Assembly (NCBI RefSeq): GCF_037042905.1
Contig: NC_087250.1
Location: forward strand, 22,818,001-22,878,000
Direction: 5' to 3'
Source: Lytechinus pictus
Lineage: Eukaryota
Length of the DNA: 60,000 nucleotides
Shown here: in pieces, positions 38,104 to 50,523 of the stretch
Position numbering within the stretch: position 1 is the first letter of the stretch
Layout of the letters: each line of letters opens with the position of its first letter
The notes under the pieces: generated by a model
What the model was told of the DNA's origin: nothing
Database searches by the model: none
The model's input: only the letters and a program-made list of their open reading frames with translations
Translations under genes and position numbers: made by a program

Positions 38104-40437
38104 AATAATAATTACATGGTTCGTTTATATAGCGCAGCTACTATAATTGCACATACACAACTGTGCTTCGATACTTGGTATCATATTATTACCCTGGCTG
38201 TAGCTGAGCCGCCATATATGCGCTAAAGCATTCAAGGAATACTACCGGGTACAAATTCACCTCACCTGGGTCGAGTACAGCACAATGTCAGGGGCGGATC
38301 CAGCCTTCCCCAATAAGGGGGGGGGGGGCGGATTTTTTTTCAGCCATATTTTCCCCGATCGGCCGCTCGAAGATAATTTTTGGTTTCTTTGAAGGGGTAG
38401 TCCCAAATAGTCACTTCTTAGTTTTATTCTCATAAATCAACATAAATATATAATCCTTATCTATATAATGCGAGCGCGAAGCGCGAGCAATTTTTTGTTG
38501 TTGAAATTTTATTTTTCCTAAAATTTGAACATTCTGTGCAATGTTTGTTATCCTGAAAAAGATGTGTATGCAAGTAAATAATTACTACGAACGCGAAGCA
38601 CGAGTAGAAATGAACTGATGGAAAAGGTACCTGTTAAAGACTGCTTGCAGTTAGCCATGAAGAAGTTACATATTTTAAAAATAAAATAATGCGAGCGCGA
38701 GCTGAAATTTTTTGACATTTTTACCTACAGAATGGAAATTCTAAGCACTTTGTAACTTAGACAGAATAGGTAAATAACTAAACAATTGATGCAAGCGCGA
38801 AGCGCGAGCGGAAAATTTCGAGATTTAGACCTACTGATCGAGACACTCTATTCATGTTTCGTAAATCATGAAATGGATGAGTAATTGGGGATCTTCCTTA
38901 CATTACTAATGCGAGCGCAAAGCGCGAGCAGAAAATTTGTATATGACTTGTATACGTTTTGACATGACCGAAAATGTACCTGTTAAAGACTGCTTGCACT
39001 TATAGCCACGAAGACGTTACATATTTCAACAATCAAATAATGCGAGAGCGAAGTGCGAGCTGAAACATTTTGACATTTCTACATAAAGAATGGACATGAT
39101 GGAAGAATAATGAACAGGATAGCTATATAACTAAACAATTCACGCGAGCGCGAAGCCCGAGCGCGAAAAAAAAATCGAGATTTAGACCTAAAAAACGGGA
39201 CACTCTATTAATGTTTTGTAAATAATGAAAAGAATGAGTAATAAGGGATCTTCCTACCTTAATAATGCGAGCACAAAGCGCAAGCAAAAAAAAATTGATA
39301 TTGTGATCTGAAACTGGATAATGATTTAAATAGAGAACAAGTTGAGTATCTGAATAAACATGCGCACTTGTTCATATTTAGACCTAGAATCTAGGCATTC
39401 TAATTAATCATTTTATCATGAAAATCAAAGCGAAATCAAAGCTCGAGCTTGAACTATGTGATATTCCGACTGAAAAGAGAGTAAATTTCTGCTTTATATG
39501 GATGGCACTTAATAAAGAGCTGATATTTACCATTAGTATTACTTTGAGTTTTGACATAGGACCAGGACATCCTTAGGACATGTGATCATATGAAAATGAT
39601 GACTATTCCTCTTGCTAAGCGCGAGATGAAACAAAAGGGACAATTTAATTTTTAAATTAATATATTATTCATTAATGCCTAATGAGGGCGCGAAATATGA
39701 TGATATCATGGCCTAAAACCTGGACATTTCAAGCACTTATGTAATCATAAATAGGATGCATCAGTTTATATATTTTAACCATTAATGCGAACGCAAATCG
39801 CGAGCCAAAATTTTTGATACACTGTTTGTTGTATAATCAATATTGAGACATTCGTAACTCGCCAATCAAAATGCGAGCGAACAGCGCTAGCTGATACGTT
39901 TTGACATGCAATCAGACCTGAAAAGGGATATTTTGAAAACTTTATGGAATACACGAAAATAAAAGGTACCTGATAAATCAAAATTTGCGAGAGCGCAGCG
40001 CGAGCAGAAAATGCCAGTATTCAGACCATAAAACTGACATTTTTACAGAGCACTTTTTAAAATTCAATTCGTAAATCACAACAAAATAATGAAAATTCTA
40101 AATATTTTTTGTATATTGACTTCCAAACTTGATATTTAATCGCCATATTGAACAAAAAATGAAAAGCGCGAGCGAAAACTTTATATAGTGACATGAAAGA
40201 TTCTTTCTATTTTCGAAGTCTTCCACTCATCTTATTTCATTCACTCGTCTTCCTCCTCTTCTTTTTTCTCCTCTCTTTTCCCTCCTTTCTTTTCCCTTTT
40301 TTTTTTGCTCCGCCAAAAAAAAGGGGGGGGGGGGCGGGCCCCTCGCCTCCTGGATCCTTATATGTGGTAAATTTCTTGCTGAAGGAAAACTCTAATTGAA
40401 AGACGTGAGTCGTTACCACTAGACCACGACGCCCCCA
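38104..40437 (-). mobile_element. SINE (38104-38288 plus ~40362-40437) split by a hAT-type element
   Basis: Both parts align end to end with the SINE at 43355-43578 (..GCACAATGT|GG..AAATTTCTTGCTGAAGG). Confidence 0.7.
38289..40357. mobile_element. ~2-kb hAT-type non-autonomous element with periodic GCGAGCGCGAAGCGCGAGC repeats
   Basis: Left TIR CAGGGGCGGATCC; right TIR truncated after TGGATCC; internal tandem duplications. Confidence 0.75.
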
Positions 40438-40547
40438 CAGTAGTAGAGCAACGAAAAATATTCCTACTCATTCTACAAATCGGAGTACTAATAACAACAA
40501 CTACTACTAATTATGATACTAAATAGGTTCATTATTGCGGAATGAAA

Positions 40548-40781
40548 TAATCGCTAGAGGGTATTCATTTGTCTCGCAATCTACTATGGTCAACAAGGAA
40601 ATTCGTGATCACTCTCGCAAAATGTGTTCAGTAGCTTTCAAGGAAATTCGTGATCACTCTCGCAAAAAGTGTTCACTAGCTTACAAGTTCACGAGCTTTC
40701 GACACTTTTTGCGAGAGTGATCACGAATTTCCTTGTTGACCATAGTAGATTGCGAGACAAATGAATACCCTCTAGCGATTA
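40548..40781. mobile_element. Young palindromic MITE
   Basis: ~75-bp arms that appear perfectly inverted (TAATCGCTAGAGGGTATTC...); internal ~45-bp direct duplication. Confidence 0.75.
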
Positions 40782-41300
40782 CTAATTATGATGTTAGCAA
40801 CAATTATACTGACGTTGTTGATAATAATATATTATTGAAAATATTTTCATAATGTTAATAATAATGACTTACACGATAAAAAAAACAATAATGAATGATA
40901 AAATTAACTTAACCGTAAAAAGACCCTTGAATAACATGCATGAATATCAAATAACAATAAACAAGAATAGTCGCATAAAACTTGATAATCATGATTATGA
41001 TAACAAATATTTTGTAGAAATACTACACATTCTGTAAAAAAAAATTATTACCAAGTTTAATTAAACCCATAAACTAATTAATTAATTAAAATTTGTCAAA
41101 ATCAACTAACTAATCTTATTTGTTTTATCATTATTGAATGGTTAATTTCATACACTGAAAATAGCAGCCTAAAGACTTAACTTCTGACTTTACAATAATA
41201 ACAAAGTAGTAAAATAATGCATCCTGTGGACTACTATAATCTAGTCTATTTAACTATTTTGTTTTAGAGTAGACTCATGACAATTCATCAAGTTTCATAC

Positions 41301-41337
41301 CTGTAGGCCCTATAGTATCTTCGGGTCCGATTTCCAT
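41301..41337 (-). CDS. Putative first coding exon of the GPCR (MEIGPEDTIGPT-V)
   Basis: GTCATGG Kozak context, upstream in-frame stop, strong donor CAG|GTATGA; phase 1 joins the 30108 acceptor in frame (G|TC ATG); lies in non-repetitive, CpG-containing sequence. Confidence 0.45.
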
Positions 41338-41744
41338 GACAAACTGACTCCCTTGAAGAATATCCTCTCCAGATGGGCATCCTCCCCCAGAGGTCAGCGA
41401 GAAATGAAGTGTCCATCTCCTGTACGTACGAGCATTTTATGAAACAGCGCGCGGTCTGTAAATTCCTCAGATCAGCATGTGAGTTGTGTGTGCATCCGAA
41501 TTACAGTGCGTTCCAAAAAAAAACATATTTCAGTGTAATTGTTTGCCGTCACAATTAGATATTTGCTTAATGACATTTACATGAATGGAATGGTATGCTT
41601 CTCTTCTATCATTTCAGCCAATCTTGACATTAAAAATGCACGCATGACTGAGTTAAAAAACAATAACGAGTCAATTTTGAATGCGCGGTGTTATCTTGCA
41701 GCTAGTTGACTTGAATTTTATGCTTGGATTCTTTCTAACTTTTA

Positions 41745-42596
41745 AAAAGTGGAACGCCTCTGGCTGTCTCGCCTGCATTACGCGATCCCATATAGCAACA
41801 CTGCTGACTTTGAAAAAAAGCTATTTGATATTTATTCACAAAAGAATACATTCATGTGATAATAAAATACTATGTCCATTGACCCAACATGGCCTTTGAC
41901 CATACTCATTTGACCTAAGAAGTGTCCAAAACATACTTGATAACCATTATGTCTATGTTTCATGAACTACATGTGTAGATCCATAAACTTTCAAAGTTAT
42001 GATGACAATTCACAAATACCCCCAACATTATCAAAGTTCGTTGACCCTAAATGACATGTGACCTGAAACTTGCAAATTAGGATGTTCAAGGATACTTAAT
42101 TGCTCTTATGTCTAAGTTTCCTGAACTAGATCCATAAAATTTCAAAGTTATGGTGACAATTCCACAAAAACTCCCAACTTGGTCAAAGTTCGTTGACCCT
42201 AAGTGACCCTTGACCTTGGTCATGTGACCTGAAACTCAAGGTCTTTAGTGATACACTATTACTCTTATGTCTAAGTTTCATTAACTAGGTCCATATACTT
42301 TCTAAGTTATCATTACATTTCAAAAGTTAACTTGGTTAAGATTTCAATATTGATTCCCCCAACATGGTCTAAGTTCATTGACCCTAAATGACCTTGACCT
42401 TGATCATGTGACCTGAAAGTCAGGCAGAATGTTCAGTAATAATTGATTACCCTTATGGTCAGGTGTCATGAACTAGGTCCATATAATGAAATTTCAAAAA
42501 CTTAACCTAGGTTAAGATTTCAATGTTTACGACGCCGCCACCGCCGCCGTCAGAAAAGCGGCGCCTATATAGTCTCGCTAGGCAGGCGAGACAAAA
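41745..42596 (+). mobile_element. Helentron-associated (HINE-like) element
   Basis: Same termini and TGACC units as 15729-16422. Confidence 0.7.
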
Positions 42597-43354
42597 ATTG
42601 CTTTAATTCAATTCAGTTCAATTTAATTCGGTTTTATTAAGAAATACTCATAAAAAGTCCGAAGACTAACAATGTGAGTTCACAATCAAAAGCATACAAT
42701 ATAACAGAAAATAAATAAATATATAACATGCAGCGACCATTAATCAACCAAGTACACAAAAAAAACATATATTATGTTTCAAAATGCAATAACATTAGAT
42801 TAGATTTATTTATATCCGTTCAACAAAATTTTCAAAATATAATCAAAGTAACAATACATATTCAATAAAATACAGACAGATCAATGACATTTCGTAACAA
42901 ATATCAAACAAAACTAAAGTGTGTTGCAATAATTTTATCTATGAAAAGAATGTAGAAATGAACGGAGGGACTTGCCAACAATGTAAAATTGAATTAGCAG
43001 ATGTAGGCCTATATAATGAAGAAGATTTAATTCTTAAAAAAAGAAAAGAAAAGTGCAGACCCTTGCGACAAAGAGAAAAAATAGCATATAAGTAAGCAAT
43101 AAATTGCAGATATTACAAATATTATATGAATTTTGTAACATAATAATAATAATAATAATGATAATAATAATAATAATACGCTTCATTTATATAACGCCTT
43201 TTCATCAGATACGAAGCGCATTCAAGAACGAAAGAATAACAGAAACACAAATAGGGAGTATGAAACCTATACGAATAATAACTACAAAATTATGAACATT
43301 GTATGGAAACCGTACAGAAAACTAGAATAGGTCAGTTTTAAAACATTTCTTAAA

Positions 43355-43578
43355 TAATAATAATAATAGCTGGATTTATAAAGCGCTTTTTGCCTGAGGA
43401 TACAAAGCGCTGGTACTATTACCCCGGCTTTAGCTCGAGCTACCATCACCGGCGCTCAGTGCATGAAAGGAATTACTCCTGCCGGGTACCCATTCACCTC
43501 ACCTGGGTCGAGTGCAGCACAGTGTGGATAAATTTCTTGCTGAAGGAAAACACGCCATGGCTGGGATTCGAACCCATG
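43355..43578 (-). mobile_element. tRNA-derived SINE (5' truncated)
   Basis: GGTTCGAATCCC box B, shared body, (TTA)n tail. Confidence 0.8.
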
Positions 43579-43758
43579 AGGAAATGAGGAAAGTGTTGGG
43601 GAAGTCTTTCGTAAAGGCGGCAAGGGGTTTCATGTTTTGGGGGCGACGGTAGAAAAGGCCATTATTACCTATTTGCATAGCAGTATGGTATATGGTACAT
43701 TATAATATATATCATAAGAGGATAAATGCAATTAAGAAGTAGAAATACAAAAAAAATG

Positions 43759-44105
43759 ATAATAATAATATTCCGCATTTATAAAGCGCTTAACACATCG
43801 AAACGACGCACATCTCTAAGCGCTTTACATATATTATTACCCCGGTCATCGGATCCTTGCATGCCCGCATACAATGTATGTACCTTCTCCATGGGGAGCA
43901 TTCCAACAAGAGTTCTAAGACTCAATTTCTAGGCATACTACATACAGGCTTTCACATCCTACCGGGTACCCATTTAACTCCTGGGTGGAGAGTGGCAAAG
44001 TGTGGATTAACGCCATGCCAAAGGACGCTAGGCCATGGTGGGATTCGAACACACGACCCTCTGATTACAAGGCGAGAGTCAGAACCGCTACACCACGACG
44101 CTTCC
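43759..44105 (-). mobile_element. Full-length tRNA-derived SINE
   Basis: Head TGGTGTAGCGG...GTTCGAATCCC, shared body, (TTA)n tail; truncated copy at 50553-50830 inside a Kolobok element. Confidence 0.85.
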
Positions 44106-45075
44106 ACAAAGGTCATAATAGATGGGGAATGAGAAAGAGGGGGAAATAAAGAGAAAGAGAGAAAGAAAAAGGTCAGACAGAAACTGAAAAATGACATCAT
44201 ATCTATTCATTGTAGGTTACATAAGTACACCAGGGCCTTGTCTTACAAAGAGTTACGATTGATCCGATCAATTTCTTCTACAGGAAATTTGCAAATTGTT
44301 CTTCTGTAAACAAAGGAGAACATACCAAATTGTCAAGAAATCAATGAATTTATGGATTTACATTCATATCTCGAATTATTTTTTAACAAACATGCATTTA
44401 ATATGTTGACTTTGCTGGCTTTCCATAGTTGCGATTGATCGGATCGATTGCAACTCTTTGTAAGACGGGCCCCATGCATTACATTGAAAACAAGATAAGC
44501 ATTCATTGTAAATACTGGGGCCCGTTGCAGAAAGAGTTGCAATCAATCACAACTCTAAAAATCATGCGCAAGTCCCAAATGCGCATTGTTGATTGGTCGA
44601 AAATCAAATTGCGCATGATTTTTTTGAGTTGCGATTGATTGCAACTCTTTCTGCAACGGGCCCCTGATCCTGTTAATTAAGATCAGAAACCAAATAAAAA
44701 GGGGAAAATACAAAAATATACGATTAATGATTTGCATGCACTGTTACATGGCTGTCAGAAGTGTATAAAGCAAGTGGGAGTTTGATGCATTCAAGAAAAT
44801 AAAGACTATAGAAAAAGAAGCAAGAGAGAGCAAAATGATAGATAAAAAGAGAAAGAGACGGAGAAAATGATTCGACGATGCAGCTAGGGGCAGCGGAATG
44901 ACAGATGGAGGGGGGGGGGGGGGTGTTACCAACTTAAAAATAACCTTCCGAGCCAAAAAGGTTTTTTTTCTCTCGCCCCATCCCCCTCCCCCTCAAACAT
45001 GTTCCGCCGCCCCTGTGCATTGCAGCGACAAATGAAACGACAGAGAGAAGTTTGAGATACAAAGTTATCCAGAAA

Positions 45076-45089
45076 GTTGCCATGGTAAC
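45076..45089. promoter_or_regulatory. RFX X-box motif
   Basis: GTTGCCATGGTAAC matches the X-box consensus GTNRCC(N0-3)RGYAAC, in non-repetitive-looking sequence. Confidence 0.45.
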
Positions 45090-45593
45090 GTTGAATTCCA
45101 ATTCCATGGCTCCATTCCGATCATTCAGGTGTCTAATAAACTCCTTCCCCAGCCCGAATAACATTCACCATTAGCCTAATGTCTACTGCTTCCTTGGGGA
45201 AAACGAAATGGTTGTTTTTCAACGAGTAGAAATTAAGCATGTTTTCATGCAACTTTTTCTCAATCATGCGTGATTCATTATTAACGCATCAGGTTTCGTA
45301 TGAAAAGATAAGATATATATTTAGTTATGAACACTGTTTTCCGAATAGATAGCAATAATAGCTTGAAAAAACTCACTCAACATCAATATTTGCTCGCGCA
45401 AATGAAAACAAATTAGTCGCACCACTTTCCGGAACAAAATATTGTTCCACCCTAGTCATGGCATTGCGTGTGTTATGGACGTTGAGATTGACTTCAAAAT
45501 AATGAAGGAAAAGGAGCATGTCTGTCCATTGATATACATCACATGAAACAAAATTGATGGTTATGAATAACAGACCCACAATCACAGAATTAC

Positions 45594-45628
<35 letters not shown>

Positions 45629-46685
45629 GGGGGGGGGGCACGCTGTATATCAGTGTATACTGTTAATGCCATAGTCTCACCAGCGTAATTTGAGTCGCTT
45701 TCGCAATCCTAACACTAACATAAAACCCTACTGCAACCCTAACCCGAGATCTTCGACGAAATAAAGCCCGGAGAAAATGTCGTTTCACCCAGATTTTAGA
45801 TGTCATATTTTGAATAAAACAAATGGCCCATATTCGGAAGTCTAGTTTAACTAATTAAACCATGGTCGAAGTCAGTGTAAAAGTTATGAGAAGGCAAAAA
45901 ATATCAAGATTTCGATCACATATTGCATCCTTTTACGTTTTGAAAAATAAAGAAAACTTTAGTGATTAATATCATCACAGGGTTTGTGACTGCATTCTTG
46001 GAGTGAGAAATATGCTGATAAAATCACCCTATATTCTTAGGGAGTCTTGTGTCACATTATTTTGACTGTCCATAGATAAAATGAAATTTATGAATTTTAC
46101 ATTACATATCATAACAGGACACCTGCTCGTTTATGACGTCACAAATAAAAAGCTTTAATAACTTTCTTAATCTTTAATGGATTTTCCTCAAACCTTCACT
46201 AATATTTCCCCCCCTATCTGTTGTTTTTACACCAAAGTCTTCGTTATAGGGTGAACCCCCTCTTTAACCCCGAGTTCAGAATATAGGCAAATGGGTTTGA
46301 TGATATACCGTCTCATTTTACCTGACAAGTAATTGGAAATGAATAATCATGAGATTATTGAGGGTTTAATGCCCGGTGTGACGGCGGATTTGGTTCCACC
46401 GGCGGATATATCGTTCATACTTGGAACCATATCCGCCGGGTGAGACGCAATTTGGTGTTTGAAGATTATTTTTGTTCCTCGGTGGATATGGTTCAGATTG
46501 ACTACGTGTATTATTATGACGTCACCCTCGGCAGCGCATGCGCGGTTCTGCCAATATCGGGGGGGGGGGGTTGATTTAGTGAACAAAATTAGGCCAATGT
46601 ATGGCCGCCAGAGGAGGTGGTTGGAACTATGGTTTCTGAAGTGACGCTGGAATGCCGGCGACTATTTTTTCTGAGGGGTGCAACC

Positions 46686-46884
46686 CAGTAGCGTACCTAG
46701 GATTTTCCACAGGGGGGGGGGGCAAAACCGTCCGCCAAAAAATTGACAAGCAAAAAAAAAAAAGCTCTTCGGTCTTCAACCACCAATATAGGATTTCGAA
46801 CCAGAAAATAATTTGACAAGGAAAAAAAAAAAAAAAAAAAAAAAAAGACTGCCCCCCTGCCCCCCCCCCGTAGGTACGCTAGTG
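46686..46884. mobile_element. hAT-type MITE
   Basis: TIR CAGTAGCGTACCTA / TAGGTACGCTAGTG; perfect 8-bp TSD GTGCAACC. Confidence 0.85.
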
Positions 46885-47108
46885 GTGCAACCCCGAAGGA
46901 AAATGATCGCATTCGCGTCACTGAGGAGATCATAGTTTGACCAAACCTCCGATCGAAGACCGTATAATTTATATCCGTCATTGAAATTAAATAAATCAGA
47001 TAGGAATGTGGATATAACTGAATGAATAACAATCTTTGAGAGAGTATTCATTAATTCTTTTTATTAGCTTTGGTGAGGCCCCTGGATTGATCACATACAC
47101 GCATTGTA

Positions 47109-47700
47109 CTAATATAGGGAAGGAATAGATAATTAATCACATTATTCTTTTAATAAAATATCTGATCTTTGCTTACAGCAGGAATAAAAAAAGACCACCA
47201 AGTCCCAACGAAATTAGAGAGAAGATATTAGAAAATGAACGTGAAGAGGAAATTTTAGCAGTAACGCGGGGTAAATTATCAAACCATTTAAGGAAATGGG
47301 AACATATTTCCTTACACGATTATAGAGGCGACAGAGCTCACGAGATTATGTTTGTTCATTATGGTGTTTTTCTTGTTTCAAACGGAACGCGGGCACCGTA
47401 TGCAAGGGCGTATGAAGTGTGTGAGTGTTTGAGGGTGTGAAGTGTGGGGTTTGCGGAGGGAAGGGGGGTAAGGAGGGGTTAGGTACAACGCATATACTTT
47501 TATTAGTTTTTTCTCTGATATTTGTTTGTTAAACTCATCTGGTAGTGGTACGATGCAGTGTCTTAGAATATTATTTCATGATGTGCATAATGTATGAGTT
47601 TAAGAAATTTGTTCGAATTATTTTTTACAATTGTTACTTTCTAAACTGCATTGTATGAAATTTGATTTGAGAGAAAAACAATAAAACATCTTTTTAAAAA
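47109..47700 (+). mobile_element. L1/Tx1-like LINE 3' fragment with 3' UTR
   Basis: 47109-47339 is near-identical to 48606-48836; ends with AATAAA and an A-rich tail. Confidence 0.65.
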
Positions 47701-48185
47701 ATGTAACACGTGACGTATACGTTACGTGCATGAACGATATCTGCAGAAGAGAAATTAGTACTGAATCCGCCGGAGTTGGAACACGATCCGCCGGCGGATT
47801 GTGTGCCTATAGTACCGTATCTGCCAGGCACCAGATCCGCCGCTACACCGGTCTTATTCATTAGCTGATAAAAACCCAGAGGCGGCCTAGGTAGGTTTCG
47901 CTCCACGGTACGTACGACGTACGGAGTGTCCAAGAAGAACGTAAATGTATTAAAAATGTAAATAAAGGGTAACAAAAATTACTGAACAGAAGGATAACAG
48001 TAAAACAGTAAAATAGCAAAAAAAAATAACAAAAGAGGGGGTAATTAATGGAACGAGATGGTTGAGTACAATAGAAAACGATTTGGTAACTTAAACTGTG
48101 ATTTGTTATACCCTTTACTTACTTTGTTGTTATTACGATTTTATTTGTATGGTTTTGTTCTATTTTGTTTTGTTTGTTTCACTAC

Positions 48186-48267
48186 ATATATGCCTGATGA
48201 AGGCCCTACTGGCCCCATAATTATACTGATAACGAAAATATATTAATACATGTAAACTTAGCACATA
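48186..48267 (+). other. Disrupted hammerhead-ribozyme motif (Penelope-like terminus)
   Basis: CTGATGA core, GGCC-CTACT-GGCC stem II, and AAAC-TTA-GCACATA pairing back to TATATGC after a ~40-nt interruption. Confidence 0.4.
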
Positions 48268-48385
48268 CACGATATCAATAAAATAATTATCATAACATAA
48301 TTACGAATAGGTCCACGAAGGAAAGCCTACCGTGTTAAAAAACGAGTAAGGGGTAATTATTAAGTAAAAAAAGTTTCAATTTAAA

Positions 48386-48836
48386 ATGCTTTATGAATTA
48401 ATATACACGAAGAAATATTTACATTTATTCAAAATTTCCTCCGATAGTGAATGTTCATTTAGTGGGAATACTGAAGAAACTTACGAGCATCTGTTTTTTT
48501 TATGTGAAAAGACGATAGACGTATGGATAGATTGTGGTAACTTATTCAATATGTATGAAATAAAAAATGCCAGGTGGGTGGATATACACATTGGTGTTAA
48601 GCATGCTAATATAGGGAAGGAACAGATAATTAATCACATTATTCTTTTAATAAAATATCTGATCTTTGCTTACAGCAGGACTAAAAAAAACCCACCAAGT
48701 CCCAACGAAATTAGAGAGAAGACATTAGAAAATGAACGTGAAGAGAAAATTTTAGCAGTAACGCGGGGTAAATTATCAAACCATTTAAGGAAATTGGAAC
48801 ATATTTCCTTACAAGAGTATAGAGGCGACAGAGCTC
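48386..48836 (+). pseudogene. L1/Tx1-like ORF2 C-terminal fragment (zf-RVT-like)
   Basis: CSFSGNTEETYEHLFFLC...W matches the degenerate CxxC...ETxxHLFxxC signature; INHIILLIKYLIF is typical of Tx1/L1 C-termini. Confidence 0.75.
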
Positions 48837-48982
48837 TTTACTTAAAAAAGAAGTATTTTCCCACTGCTTGTCAGATTGCCATATTTCCCCCTTAAATATT
48901 CCCCTTGGTAAATCATGAATCAGCCACTGACTGCGTATTAAAAATGTATAAGAATTGTGGGCAGGGTTAATTGTATTTCTAA

Positions 48983-49450
48983 AGACCACCGCACGCACAC
49001 CTTACGACTGGTCCACGTACGATCGCGATTATGGAACAAATCCCATTTTGCTCTTATTCTGAAATATGAATGAAAAGTATCTCTTTATTTAAAGGTTCAA
49101 ATAAGCTGTAAGAATAATTTTGGATGATTGCAAGCATTAATTTTGAAGTAGAGGACAATCGTACGATTGCTATGACGTCATTACGACTAAAAAAATTTGT
49201 TTTTACTCTAATAATGGTTGAAGCATAGTCACAGCTGGATTTTAACATAAGTATTTACTTGAACTGGAAGCACGACTGCTGGGATCATCAGCATTCTTCC
49301 AGAATCTCGGGTAAAGGTAAAGGTAAAGGATAGTTTCACAACTTTGCACAGTAAGGTGTTTCATTTCTCACTATTAGATAGAATTTTATTACTTTTATTT
49401 TTAGATTCCGAAATTTGATCGCAGACCAATCGTAAGGTGTGCGGTGGCCT
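48983..49450. mobile_element. PIF/Harbinger-type non-autonomous element
   Basis: GCACACCTTACGA TIR; TSD TAA. Confidence 0.75.
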
Positions 49451-49884
49451 TAAGAATATTGTGCTGGTCAATATTTCCGGGAAACTACGAGACGGCAAAA
49501 ATGTCAATCCTCCCCCTTTTTCCCGAGATGATTTTTTTTCTCTTTTATTATAAGTAACGCCTGTGCCAAGGATGGAGCACTAATTACAATCTTCACAAGT
49601 TTAGAGTTACATTATACATGCAATTTTAGGCTTGCTAATTAAATAGAAGTACCCTCCAGATATTTTATTTCATTTCCTGTCATGTTGTTCTATTTTGTCC
49701 AAACAAATGAAATATTTCAAAAGCGTGGAGATCGTTAGACGGATAACCTTTAACAAATCCAATCAAGATAGCAGAGTGAAGACAGAAGTGGTTTAAACGG
49801 TCTTTCATCAAGGCCGTTATCTGCAGTACGTGACATGTTCCTTTTTCGTTACTTTTAGATTAAGGTCGCGCAGCCTAAGACCAT

Positions 49885-50373
49885 ACCTGGGGCCCGTCTT
49901 ACAAAGAGTTGCGATTGATCCGATCAATCACAACTATGGACGGCCAGCAACGTCAACATCTAAAATGCATGAATGTTCGAAATGTTTTCTAGATATGATG
50001 TAAATTACATAAATTCATTGTTTTCTTGACAATTTGGTGTGTTCGCCTTTGTTTACAAAGGACATTTTGAAAATTTTATGTAGAAAAAATAATGACACTG
50101 ATGGATTTCCATAGAGTTACGATTGAATGGATCAATCGTAACTCTATGGAAATCCATCAGTGTCATAATTCTTTCTAAAGGAAATTTGCAAAATGTCCTT
50201 TGTAAACAAAGGAGACCGCACCAAATTGTCAAGAACTCAGTGAATTTATGGATATACATTCATATCTAAGAAAAAATTTGAACAAGCATGCCTTTTATAT
50301 GTTGACTTTGCTGGCCGTCCATAGTTGTGATTGATCGGATCAATCGCAACTCTTTGTAAGACGGGCCCCAGGT
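49885..50373. mobile_element. ~490-bp palindromic dimer of the GGCCCGTCTTACAAAG MITE
   Basis: Two arms inverted about position ~50129. Confidence 0.85.
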
Positions 50374-50523
50374 CTACACAAACTAACAAATGATTCACAA
50401 ATTGATTTGGAAAACCAATAAATGCTTTCAAAATCACCTTCATATCGAGACCAAAAACAGGTTATTAAAAGCTTTCTAATTCACCATCTCTCTACTACCC
50501 ACCTGCTCCCACCGATAATTTAA

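Larger units (their letters stand above)
46373..47851. mobile_element. TIR element hosting nested insertions
   Basis: TIR CCGGTGTRRCGGCGGAT / ATCCGCCGCTACACCGG with subterminal ATCCGCCGG repeats. Confidence 0.6.
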
